From assembly GCA_000182565.2 (NCBI GenBank), contig KQ257472.1: a stretch of DNA of 64,000 bases; one strand, written 5' to 3'. The position numbers and the translations under genes were made by a program. Within the stretch, counting starts at the first letter, position 1. Every line of letters starts with the position of its first letter. The notes beneath the pieces were generated by a model. It searched no databases, was not told the DNA's origin, and saw only the letters and a program-made list of their open reading frames with translations. The stretch comes from Spizellomyces punctatus DAOM BR117 (Eukaryota). Shown piece by piece: positions 25,205 to 37,387 of this stretch.

Positions 25205-28200
25205 ATGGCCACTGAAGACTTTCAACTTCTGCAACGGCCCCGTCCTTATCAAATTGAGTTGTATCAGCAAGCTCTTCAGCGAAACATAATTGCTTATCTT
25301 GACACAGGCAGTGGGAAAACTCTGGTTTCGGTACTCTTACTGCAGAATTACGCCTCAGACTTGGTAGAGATCCGTAACGATGAGTTGATTGGCTTGATCG
25401 ACGCCCGGTTGGATACTGACAATGGCTTGGGAAATCCTGTCACAACCGCTGCAAAGAGCTATGTCGCGCGGCGGTCAGCGAGCGGTCTGAAACCTCAAGA
25501 GGCTGCCTCTACGGACATGCTGAATCAGGGCACAGGGACTGGTACAGTAATACAGTCACCTCTGGCAGTAGATATGTCCCCAGAGGTACTGCTACCAGCC
25601 CAGCCGAAGAAAGTCATTTTTCTTGTACCAACGGTTCCGCTCGTTTCTCAACAAGCAGCAAAAATCAGAGCAAATACCGATTTAATTGTTGGGGAATATT
25701 CTCGGGACGACATTTCGTCTGTCGCATACTGGGACGCAATCGGATGGTATCATGAGCTATCTAAGCGGCACGTTCTGGTCCTCACGCCTCAAATATTTTT
25801 GAATATCTTGCGACACGGATTCATGAAAATGTCAAGGGATGTCAGTCTTCTCATCATTGACGAATGTCACCACGCAGTCAAGCATCACCCTTATAATGTC
25901 CTAATGAAAGAGTTTTATCATACGATATATCCTCCGGAGTCGAGGCCGAAAGTTTTCGGTATGACCGCGTCGCCAATATATCAGAAAGCGCACACCCACC
26001 AGGATTCGCTTCTCCGTCTGCAAGAACTGCAGACTAACATAGACTGCGTCGTGGTGACAGTGGCTGATCGCAAGAGCCTACAAGCGTACGTTCCGAACGC
26101 CTCTGAGAAACTCGTCGAGTACTCCCCACCCTCGGGAGATACTTCAAATACGCGGTTGTCGAAGACCGGCACCTTGGGTACTCCATCCGCCCGATACTAT
26201 GCACACTATCTGGACCGTCTCCGCGACTTGTACCAAAACTTTGCGTCCAAGCAGAAACATGAAGCAGCGGAAAAAATGGGCAGGAATATGGAGCAGATCC
26301 AAGCTATGGAAGAAGAGCTTGGGCCGTGGCTTGCCGGGAGAGCTGCGGAGGATTTGGTACGGGGCATGAACTCATCGCGGGGCTGTTTATCGGGACATGG
26401 TAAGAGGGCAAGAAATCAAGGCAGTCTGGAACCAACCAAAGCAGCGGACGCACGGAGTTACTCCGAGCTCGAGTATGCTCCATCATTAAGCCAAGTCACA
26501 TCTTCCGACGTTACTCCAAAAGTGATGACTCTCTTGCGCCTAATTGAGGAGCGAGCGCATCCGAACTCGACCGAAGATAATTGCGGCTCCCATTTCCGTG
26601 CGATGATTTTCGTAGAGCGTCGATTTACAGCAAAGGTGCTCTCAGTGTTCCTCAACTTGGTCGCCCAGGTGCGATTTCCCATCCTGAAATCTTCATACGT
26701 AACTGGTCACGGTGCTCAATCAACGAGTGGTGAACCTGGTGGTCGAAGCTCAATGACCAGTGCTTATCAGAGAAAAGCTTTTGATCGATTCAGGGCTGGA
26801 GACGTGAATACCCTTGTGGTTACCCGTGTGGCCGAAGAAGGAGTGGACATGTAAGCTCAGGTCAATGGATCACTCGACAATGAGACAACCACCCCATACT
26901 TATCTGCGTGTTTGGTGACAGACCTGCCTGCCGACTTGTGATCGTATTTGATATGTTCCGCTCTCACACAGGCTATGTACAATCAAGAGGCAGGGCTCGC
27001 GATTTGGCCGGTTCTGAATTTATCATTATGGTGCGTCGGAATAACATGCAAGGTTTGCGCACTGTTGCACGAGCAAAGGTGGCGGAGATCATGACACGCA
27101 GTGTGGCCAAGGAAATGCTGGGAAGATCTCCATCGCAAGCGAGCTCATCGTCGGATAGCAGAGATCAAGTTTTGCGAAACGAGGATGACAATGATACCAC
27201 TGAGCGGTTGTTGGGAGCACAAGATGTTCCGCTAATTTCAAAAGCCGGGGCGAGCATATCGGCACTTGGTGCCCCACAGCTACTGCACCGTTATTGCCAG
27301 GCCGTCTCGAAGGATGGAAAGATGGACCTTTCCGCCTTCTATTCTGTGATTTTAGAGCCTAGCAGTGCTGAGGCCTGGCAGACCTATTCCGGCAATTGCG
27401 AGGCATCACTGTCTTCTGGCGACAGCACTCCTTTTGGGTATGCCTTCCAATTCCAATTTCCTGACGGAACTGCTCTAGCAGGCGATGTAGTAACCGGACA
27501 TCTTCGTGGTACGAGAAAACTTGCTCAGCAAAGCGTAGCACTTGAAGCTTGCCGACGCCTATATGCTATTGGCGCCCTCAACGAACATCTTCTCCCAAAC
27601 ATCAATTACAAAACAAAACCTGGTGCCTTTTCTCTTCCTGGCATTCTCAAAAGATGGCAGGCCCATAACAACAGAGAGGTCAAAGATCTAGCATACGAAA
27701 ATGCAGGAACATCCCTGAAAGCAAATCTTCAGAAAGAAGACGTTCTCCAAGAATACGAAAGGGGTGTATCGAGGGTGTTCCAGAAGAACGATAGCTGGTC
27801 TCATCTGGAGGACACCGACTTGCCGTCCGCTGCTACAGCAACCTCCTGGCTGTACGTCACCATTCTATCCTTCGGTCCAGAGCTAGAATCGTTTACTCGC
27901 GGACAGGAACCACCAGTCGATGCTTTCACATGTCTACTACATAAGGGAGACCACTTTGATGCATCGTCCACGACCTTGAATGATTCCTGCAAAGGTCCTG
28001 CTTGTGATCAACCTCTGTGTCGTCGGGCTGAATATAGACGGACACTGGCGATACTCACCTCGAAGCCGTTACCGGTAGCAAGCGTCCCCAGCTTTCCAGT
28101 TTGGTTCGACGGCGAAAGATCCTCTACAGTCGAATTCATAAGCTGGAACCCTTTATCTCGCGCCACGAATCATGGGAAGAGCACCATACAGCCCCTGCAA

Positions 28201-31093
28201 GCGACCAGTGAGAAGAATGGCTCGGACAATACGTCCAAGAGCAGCGTAAACAGTGGTGCAGAACCTGTTCCCTTCTGCAATGAAGACCTCGCACTGGCCA
28301 GAAAGTTTCAAAACAAATTCTGGGACATGGTCCTCCGACGCCCGCCAGCAGATATCGCCGTTCCTGCGCCACACGTTTTGGGGAAAAGGAAACGACATCC
28401 TGAGGATGGTGACAGCCGAGCTGATACCAGCGCTGTAGGACTACCTGCACGGCGTGATTCGGACGAAACCAGTGTGCCGCCTCCCATTCAATGTGGCGGG
28501 GATGGCTCCAAAACAAGTACAGTGACCGTACCGTCGCAGTTGGCAGGCAGCCACCAATCCGATCCCATTCTAGCTGATGCGGAGTCTGTGGCCTTCGATG
28601 CTGACCCCAGAATGTATATGGTACTCCCAATGCGCAGGATTCCTTATTACACGGGCGATTCTCTCGATGTTGAAGAGGCCAGTGGTCGAACGCATTCGGC
28701 AGTCATGGGGGCGGAAGTACAGTCTTCGTCTTCTACGGAAACTAGTCTGCAATCCTACGTATGGGAACCTGACTGGGACACCGTTCGACGGGTCGTGGAA
28801 CAAAAACTGTGTACTCTGTATGACTGGATCTCATGCGTTGGGGTGGTCGCCGAGGAGCGTTCCTGTTGCAAGTTACCATCAGGGGAGTATGTGGACAGCA
28901 GCTCCATTGGCGACGGTCGCAGAGTCGGACAGTCGGCGTCTTTCTTGGATCGGTTATCGTGCACAGGCCAGCCCGCATTTGATGAATTCTATGACCATGT
29001 CTGCAGAGAATTTGTTGAGCAGTCCACATATAAGCCTGATGATAAAGGCGACAGAACAACCAAGTACAGACCTGATATTCTACGGGAGATCAATCAAGTT
29101 CTCAAGCAGACGGTAGTTTGCACGACCCATAATAATATAAAGTATTTACCTCAAGAGCTTATGCCCAATTTGGAACCGACAGCGCAGTTCAGAAAGGGTC
29201 GATTTGGAGAGGTTCTCACGTATAAAACCTACGTTGAAAAGCTGGGATATGCGGTAGTTCATGATCAGAGCGCCATGGTGCAAGCAACTCATTCCCCCTC
29301 CTTGCGAAACCATTTGAAACCCCGCTTCATAAAGCGAGGCGTCTTGACACAGCCTGGGAAGATTCATCATAAGAACAATACCGTGCTCCTAGTGCCCGAT
29401 GCCTGCCAAGTGCTCCCATTACCCATAGATTTGTTTCGAATATCGTTGATTTTTCCGTCGATCCTACATAAGGTGGATATTTACTGTATGGTGGACGACT
29501 TCCGACAGGACATGGAGCTTCCAGGAATATCAACATCAACTTTATTTACTGCGTTTGCAGCGCCGTCAGCCCAGGAAGGGACGAACTATGAGCGTCTGGA
29601 GACCCTCGGAGACTCCTTTTTGAAATATGCGGTGTCAGTAGATTTGTTCAGAAGATTACCAACAGCTGATGAAGGAGTTTTATCGAGTCGCCGCTCAAGG
29701 ATCGTCAGCAATCGGAACTTGTTCAAAAAAGCTGTCAATAGGGGATTTGGAAGTTTACTCAATGTCACTCCCTTTAATCCACGACAATGGGCACCACCAG
29801 GACACGTTCCGTGGAATCCATTCAAGCGTTATCATTACCGAAGTCGCCAAATAGACCAGGACGACGAGAACGTAAGCCCATACAGCAGCAGAAGGGGTAT
29901 GTGGTGGCGGATGATCAGCCAGAAGATGTTGGCAGACTTCATGGAAGCAATAGTTGGCGCGTACTATACGGACGGCGGTAACGACGTCGCCCTGCACTTG
30001 CTCAATAAATTTGGACTCGTTTCAGACGTGATATTACCCAGTGGCACCGGTATACTCAACAGAACTGACGCGCACATCAAAGATAGTAAGCATGATACGC
30101 CCACGAATGATGCGTTCAGTGAAGAAGAAGACATCCATATAGACGAACCGAGAGTAGTTACTTGGTACAATAGTGTATCCATGACGCCCATTCCTGGGGA
30201 ATCCAATCCCTTCATATCTTCCGACGAACATCTTGCAAGGTTGCGGGCATTGGAGCAGATATTAAGATATCGATTCAAGGATCAGCAGCTCCTTTACCAA
30301 GCATTGACCCACACGTCATATAACGATGGGCATACCGAGTCTTATCAACGGCTGGAATTCCTGGGTGATGCAGTTTTGGACTGGGTATTGACCCGGTTCT
30401 TCTTCAATTCATATCCTCATTTGAGTCCGGCCACATTGACAGATCTGCGTCAGGCAGCAGTTAACAATGAGAGCTTTTCTCGGATGGCGGTATCGTTAGG
30501 ATTGCATCGGTGTTTACGCCATGAATCGTCGAGCCTTCAACTGGAGATTGACAAATACGTCCAGTACCTGGGGACACTTGATGATACCGCGCACCCTGTT
30601 GAGACCGTGCACGAGGGTCCAAAAGTTTTGGGCGACCTGTTCGAAGCCATTGCTGGGGCTGTTTTCGTTGATGCGGGTTGCGACATTTCCACCATGTGGA
30701 TGGTATTCAGGCCACTAATGATGGATTTTTTGGACATTCATGCGAATCCGGACGTGGTCAGCAAGAGCCCGATACGACAGTTGCATGAATACTTCCAGAA
30801 GAAAGGATTTGCCGTTAATGATGTGGCATATAGGTAAGAATCGGCATGTGCTGCCTTCGATTCGAACCCGATTAACTCTATCGTATGAAAGATTTGCAAA
30901 CGACCAAGAGAAGTTCATGTGCGAGATACTGATAATGGACCAAGTGATTGCATACGCAGAAGCCAATACCAAGCATCTTGCAAAGCGACTTGCAACATTT
31001 CAGGGCCTTGACTGGATCAAGCGTTCGGAAGCGCATATTTCAGCTCTACTCGAGAGAAGTCGCGGAATACGCGGAATGAGTGCAGGCTCATGA
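25205..31093 (+). CDS. DCR1: Dicer (DExH helicase, dimerisation domain, platform/PAZ-like region, RNase IIIa, RNase IIIb, dsRBD)
   Basis: PRPYQ, LDTGSGKT, IIDECHHA, FGMTASP, AEEGVDI, YVQSRGRAR; ERLETLGDSFLK (RNase IIIa); QRLEFLGDAVL and PKVLGDLFEAIAGA (RNase IIIb). Introns 26851-26921 and 30834-30891. ATG 25205 is in ACCATGG context; an upstream in-frame ATG lies at 25043. Confidence 0.95.
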
Positions 31094-31172
31094 ATAATTT
31101 ATAATATTTGGCAAAAGAATGTACGGAGAAAATAGATGCATAGCATGAAAAGACACTATGGGTCGGACAAGA

Positions 31173-31937
31173 CTAAGTCAGGTGTTCTTCATCACGAAGG
31201 TATTCGCCAACATCAGCCTGATGAAAGACGCATATAGCACTTGGATCCAGCTTCCGGCAATCTTGTGTTGACCTAGCGGTGACTCCAAATCCCAGGGGCA
31301 CGTCACCCATGGAGTAAATCACCACTCCTTGATGTTCTGGTGTGTCCTCGGTAATTCGTCCGAGATGTGCCTTCAAGACATGGTTTCCATATAAGAAGGG
31401 CATTTCTCCAGACGGCTTCACCCAAATTTTGTACTTGCAATATCCGACAGAACATAAGTATCCAAAAAGTGGGCTGTACGGAAGTCTCAGACTTAAACAA
31501 TACCTTCGCATACTGCGCCAAGTACTCCAAGGCGGTGATGTGAAGCTTAAATTTTAGCGTTTTTGTGAACTTGCCGAAACATACACCGAGTGATAGAAGG
31601 TTGTCTCGCCCTACGCAGGTTGCCCGTTTCATAATAGCCTCACTAAAACGCTTCTTGTGAGCGCGATGAGGCAAGATTGTACCACTTCAGCTCAGAATAG
31701 CATACCTAACATAGAAGACTCTGTCTCTTTGCAATCGGAAACAGTAGGGTTCATCTGGTCTATCGATAAGGTGAACAATGTTACGCCCTATGCTTCAAGA
31801 AAGGATGGATCGCCAGTACGGTTACTACGGTTCACATTAGATAAGTGCACCCAAATAAGTGCACCTAGATGGAGGACTCACTATTTGGCTAGCTTCTCGA
31901 AGAATATCTTCGTCTCCTCTTCAGTTAACGGTCTCAT
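31173..31937 (-). CDS. NIP7: 60S ribosome biogenesis protein NIP7
   Basis: [74 protein letters not shown]. Confidence 0.96.
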
Positions 31938-32008
31938 TGTGCAGAATAATGTGTATAGCAATGCCCACAAAGAATTTCGGGCAGATGCAAAAGTGAACCC
32001 AGTGGACT

Positions 32009-32022
32009 GTTGCCATAGAGAC
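32009..32022. promoter_or_regulatory. RFX X-box in the NIP7/ZFAND4 divergent promoter
   Basis: GTTGCCATAGAGAC; its reverse complement GTCTCTATGGCAAC matches GTYNCYATRGNAAC at all positions; about 112 bp upstream of the ZFAND4 ATG. Confidence 0.55.
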
Positions 32023-32133
32023 ATGTGCTTAGTCGTCCAGAACACGGTGTATTTAGACTATGGCTGCACATGACTGAGCTCGTCAGCGTAAGCAAACTTC
32101 ACTTCGCCTTCCCCAACGTCCCAGCATAGTAAA

Positions 32134-34188
32134 ATGAAGAGTGCGGGCGTCTCAGATTCAGATTCCGGGTCCAACACCAACCTCCCAATATCGCGTCGTT
32201 CCCCAAGTCGTCCACGCTCGCAAAGCTCGAAACGCACTTCGGCCAAAGCCAGTAGACGGACGTCCGCAACAAGTTCACGACCAATAGGTACGCGTGGAGC
32301 TCCGACGAGCGATGATCCTTCAAACGCTTCCGGGACCATTTGCGATCGCATATCAGAGAATCTGTCCAGGTTATCAACGTCTCCAGAAACTCGACAGTTC
32401 ACAGCAACCACGTCTTGCACGGGGTCGGGCAGGCAAACGACCCCACCCTTCTCTGCGTCCTGGTCAAACCAACCAATGCCCCCTTCCTATCGACTATCGC
32501 ATCGCTTACCTGGGACCCCAGAGATGCTAACATTGACAATTGGGACATTGACCGGAACGTTCACCATTCAAGTCCGTGCAACGGACGCTGTAGAAGACGT
32601 TAAGCGATGCATTCAGGACATGGAGGGGATACCCGTTGAGTCGCAAATCCTCCTTTGGCGGGATAAAGCGCTGGCGGACGATAGGTCCGTTATTGGACAA
32701 TTCGGGATTGAGAACGGGTCTAAGTTACAACTATTGCTACACATGTCTACAGGTAAGGCACGCCGCATCCAAACAAAGAAACAGGTCCTTTTCTCATTTC
32801 TTGATTGAATGACTGATTGTCAACTACAGGACCAGGACCTCCACTGAAGATGAAAAAGGTCGCAAAGGAATATGATTCAGTGGTCTTCTTCCTATGCAAA
32901 GAAGAGGAGGATGTTTACATGCTTGAGCTTCATATGGCGGACATTAGGGACCAACGTGCTGACACGAGGAGGTTGCTGCAGTTAGCCGAGCTTGCAGGAG
33001 TAGAAGTTTTTGAAGACCTAGGCTGCGATGCATCTTCAGTGGTCATCCGGCCGTTAGGTGGCAGCGACGACGAAAGCCGAAGGTCCACATCAAACTCACA
33101 GGAATCCGGGGTCCTGCCTACGCAAGAACGGCAGTTGAAGGATCTCCGTCCAACCTCCAGCGAATCTAACATCTCAACCCTCATGTCGTTTGCAGCCCTG
33201 TCCTCAACCGGAACTCTTTCAGAGAGAGGCGTATCACCCTTCAGCAGTACCTCAGATTCCCGCCCTTCGTCGGGAGAATCCTTGATTCAAGACGTTTTCC
33301 ATGACGTGTTGGCATGGCGGGGGAATCGAATGGGATCCAGAAAAAGGGCATTTGGATGCCCACGAACACCACGAAGACGCCTGCGCCCAGCTACCGCTAT
33401 CTCGGTGATGCGGTTGCCAGGAGGGTCGGGCCCGATGATCATCATCCCGAAAACACGCCCGGCATCGGCAGCACATTTACGGAATAAGGGGACACTTGTT
33501 TTGGATGATACACCCCCAGTAACGCCGCCGAACGTCACCGAGAGAGAAGATTGCGATCGTGACCGCTGTGAAGTGCGTAACATTTTGTGTGGAGCGCCTA
33601 GACTGAGAGAAAAAGGACGTGGACGGCGGCCGCAGAGCTTCAAGATGGATTCTCCTGATGAAGGCGGTTATTTGTCGGCCTCGGATAATACTACGCTGCG
33701 CACCGATCAGCCGAGCACATCAGCTGAGCACGTCTTAGAATTCATCTCTGCCGCCGTTCCTGGGCGACGGGCCCGCGCGGCTTCAAACTCGACGGCTAGG
33801 GGGAGTCATACTGAATTGCGATGTCTCAAACAAAACAGGGATCGGTTGATGGGCCCTGGTTGCGATTCTGCGCCAAAACCCGGTGAACGACCCCGATCGA
33901 AAAAAGAGGTGAAAGCCACTGTAGTCACTCAGCGGCGGTGCTGCATGTGCAAAAAAAAATTAGGACCCGCGACGTCATTTAAATGTCGGTGCAGCCAGGT
34001 GAGTAGTTATTATTTCACTAAGCCCTCTTTTCAACGGTATAGTATCAACTATTCCCTTTTAGACATTTTGTTCAATCCATCGCTATTCAGATCGACACGC
34101 ATGCACATATGACTACAAGGGTGCAGGAAAGGCGGCCCTCGTGAAGGAGAACCCTCTGGTAAAAAAGGAGAAATTGGCCAAAATATGA
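32134..34188 (+). CDS. ZFAND4: Ubiquitin-like domain + AN1 zinc finger protein (ZFAND4/ANUBL1-like)
   Basis: UBL LTIGTLTGTFTIQV...VKRCIQDMEGIPVESQILLW; long low-complexity linker; AN1 finger CCMCKKKLGPATSFKCRC..FCSIHRYSDRHACTYDYK...NPLVKKEKLAKI. Confidence 0.85.
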
Positions 34189-34300
34189 AATATTCTGTAC
34201 CCCTCTTAAAGAGAAATCATTTTGCGATCACTGTTGGGTCTAATTGTACCAATAATCGCGATTCCCTTATTTAGCGGTTATACACAGCTTTGCGGCGTCC

Positions 34301-35165
34301 TCAATGTGCTCGCTCATTCCCTAGCATCACCTCGTACTGGACCACTTGTTGTTCTAAATTTGACAATGTCTCCTCGTGCCAAATGAATATCTCTGAAAGG
34401 GTGTTTACCTATAACGCAAAATTCGTTATTGAAATTAATGCAATAAGAAGAAGCCAGGGTGACGGCATCATACAAAGCGATTGTAGGTAGTCAGCATGTT
34501 GCAGAGTCTTCTTCGCAGCCCTTCCTCTTGATGTCTCTGCTTTATATACCGTGCTTCCGTTTCATTAAGTCGAGGAATCAAAGTTTCCAGTCCTGAATAC
34601 GGCGGTCGTCAGAATCGCACTGCCGTTGTTTCCAAGATACACAACAACCTTGCAAAATAGGTGAGTCAAGTTCGTTCTTCAGGGAACTTAATTCCTTGAG
34701 CAGATGTGTGTAGTTGGTCAGGTCGTCTTCGGAGGCTAGGAGAATATCCCGTTTCGCTACCGTGTCCAACGTCCCTGTCTCAAGCTCAACTCTATCATTC
34801 GACAAAGAGGCTTCAAGACGAGCGTCTACTCGAAATTCGCTCCATGAGATTAACCTCATCTATCGGAAAACAGCGAGGATGTGCTAAACAGTACATTTTT
34901 GAAAGAAATCGCCGATACCGCGACGTTCTTGAGCAATTTGCAATAACTTTTCTTGTATTCCTTGTAATGAGCGCAAAAGAGAACCCTCTAATTTGCCTCT
35001 TCCATCACTCGTAAGAGATAGGAGGCTAGGAGCAGTTATCGCCTCCAGGTGTGTAAGGCGCTCGTTCAGGTGCACAATTTGGTCCGCGCAATCCATTTCC
35101 CACAACCTCAAGATGCCCTCGACAATTGCTGGTGACTGCACTGGACTGATGGGGTCAGGTGACAT
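34301..35165 (-). CDS. DCTN3: Dynactin subunit 3 (p22/p24)
   Basis: LNERLTHLEA, LQGIQEKL..IAQERRGI, AKRDILLASEDDL, LKNELDSP and VNTLSEIFIWHEETLSNLE follow the p22 pattern. The start could be 35165 or 35096. Confidence 0.72.
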
Positions 35166-35236
35166 AGCTGCACCAATACTTGTGTCCCTAGAATGCTGGA
35201 CTCGGATCGCTGGTTGATCTCCCAAGAATTATCTAC

Positions 35237-37312
35237 ATGAGCAACGCATATATAACGGAACCGCCAACTAAGGGAAAGGTACACGTTGATGTCCTGACAC
35301 TCACTCCGTACTCTTGCGTTAGGCAAACGGATTTCCAAAGTTTTACGCTATCTAACGTGAATACAATTTGGTTGCTTAGATTCTCCTGCATACGACGTTA
35401 GGACCTTTGGAGGTGGAGGTGAGCCTGACTTGCAAGATGCATGCAGAAAAATCTTTACAACCCCCTTTTCTCATATTCTACCAGTTATGGCCCAAAGAAA
35501 CTCCCAAAGCTTGTCGAAACTTCGTCCAATTATGGTCTGTCGTTTGGGAAACCGGATACGAGGGCATTACCGGTCAAAGAAGGACTCACAGTATTACATC
35601 GTAGCTTAGAGGGGTACTACGACAATACTATTTTTCACCGGATTGTCAAGGATTTCATAGTCCAAGGCGGTGATCCAACAGGTACAATACAGTACGTCTA
35701 GCCGTCAGGATCACGACGATGCTGAATGATATGTTTCTGAAGGAACGGGACACGGAGGAGAGTCTGTTTTTGGTGCGCCAGTATGTATCCTTTGAGAGCG
35801 ATATCTGGCTGACTGGAGTTTCCATTCTAACCGCCATCAGTTTGCCGATGAGTTTCACTCAAGGCTCCGATTCAGCCATCGCGGCTTGCTCGCAATGGTA
35901 TGATCGCCAGCGCAAGTTGAATAGCAAAACCCAATAACCAAGGATGCTCCAATGACAGGCCAATACAGGGGAAAATGACAACCGAAGTCAGTTCTTCTTC
36001 ACCCTGGATCGTGCTGATGAATTAAATAGGAAAAGCACCATATTCGGCAAAGTAAATGGAATCTGTAATTTTGTCATTCACCCGTAGCCTTTTATTGATT
36101 GCTTCTCTATAGATTGTCGGCGATACCATATATAATCTGCTGAAATTTTCTGCGCTGGAGACAGATGAAGAGGAGCGACCACTGTATCCCCCAAAATTCC
36201 TACGTGCCGAAGTACTGTCAAATCCGTTTGACGATATCAAACTACGGACGACACCAGAGGAGCGGCTGGCGCAAGCTGCAGCATTAAGAGCAGCCAAGGA
36301 AAAGGAAGAGCAGGCAAAGAAACCCAAGGGCAAAAAGTACGTTGTTGTCAGTCAGTACCATGGACTGCGTTCTCATTCATTCCTTCACGAAATTCCACCG
36401 AATACAGAAACTTGAGCTTACTATCATTTGGGGAGGAGGAAGCTGAAACCGCAAAATCAACCGGATCAAGGATAAAGAGTAGTCATGACGTTTTGACAAA
36501 TGATCCCCGTCTCCGAAGTGATATAGCTGTGGAACTCTCAACGCGTTCACGAACCCCTGTGCCATCAGACCACTCCTTGCGTTCACCTAGTCAGACCGCA
36601 ACGGAAGAAGAGAAGTTTGAGCGGCACATGCGCGAAAGTGTGGTCACGAAGCGACCAAGGAACGTGTCGCCAACTCGGCGGACAGAGTCTTCAATGTTCG
36701 TTTTTTAACTTTCCGCTACCGCGACCTCAGCCCATTAACAGTTTTCTGTTCAGACGTCAGATGAAGAGTGAAGTAGAGAAAGTGCAAAGTGAAATACGGG
36801 CTATGAACACAGGACGCTTGGAAGTGAGCGAAGATGGCATCGCCAACCGTCGGGCGAAGGAAAAACTGGTCGATCGTATGCGGGCAGAGTTTGTCGACTC
36901 TGGAAAAGCCATCAGTGCCAAACGACGAAGAGTTAAAGGAGAAACGGATACACTGGAGATGCTGCGAAAGTTCCAGGGCAAGATTCGAGATACTTCTTCC
37001 AAAGTTTCGCATGCGCCTGCACGAGCGTCAGACGCAGATGCATCTGGTGAATCCCAGGAGTGCCAACTCCACTTCGTAAGGAATTGTGCAAGCTGCAGGG
37101 ACACATTCGGAAAGAAGGAAGAAGGAGATGAAGAAGGGTGGATGGCAACCAAGCTTGTATTTGAGAAAGAGCGTGGGGCCAATGTGTATGAACCGCGCGT
37201 AGAGGATTACACAGTAATCGATCCAAGAGCCCACTCCACACTAGATGATAAGCAGCGCGGCAGGTCCTTGAAAGGACGTGAAGGGCACCGAACATCTGGT
37301 CCACGGCGATAA
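35237..37312 (+). CDS. CWC27: Spliceosome-associated cyclophilin CWC27
   Basis: MSNAYITEPPTKGK, LWPKETPKACRNFVQL, EGYYDNTIFHRIVKDFIVQGGDPTG, FADEFHSRLRFSHRG, NPFDDI, LLSFGEE, KSSHDVL, DYTVIDPR. Confidence 0.95.
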
Positions 37313-37387
37313 CGGATGGCTGGCTTTGTAATTGTTTTCACGAGGATTTTTTATTATATTTAATTACAATATCTCTATGCTTAACCA

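Noticed and set aside
34180..34188. ZFAND4 C-terminal AKI as a peroxisomal PTS1-like signal
   Set aside because: A terminal KI is the normal conserved end of AN1 zinc-finger proteins.
35781..35840. GTATCCTTT (U12-type 5' splice-site consensus) at 35785 in a CWC27 intron
   Set aside because: The reading frame (GAP|FADEF) needs the GTATGT donor 4 nt upstream at 35781. Using the U12-like site would frameshift, and the branch site (TTCTAAC) is U2-type.
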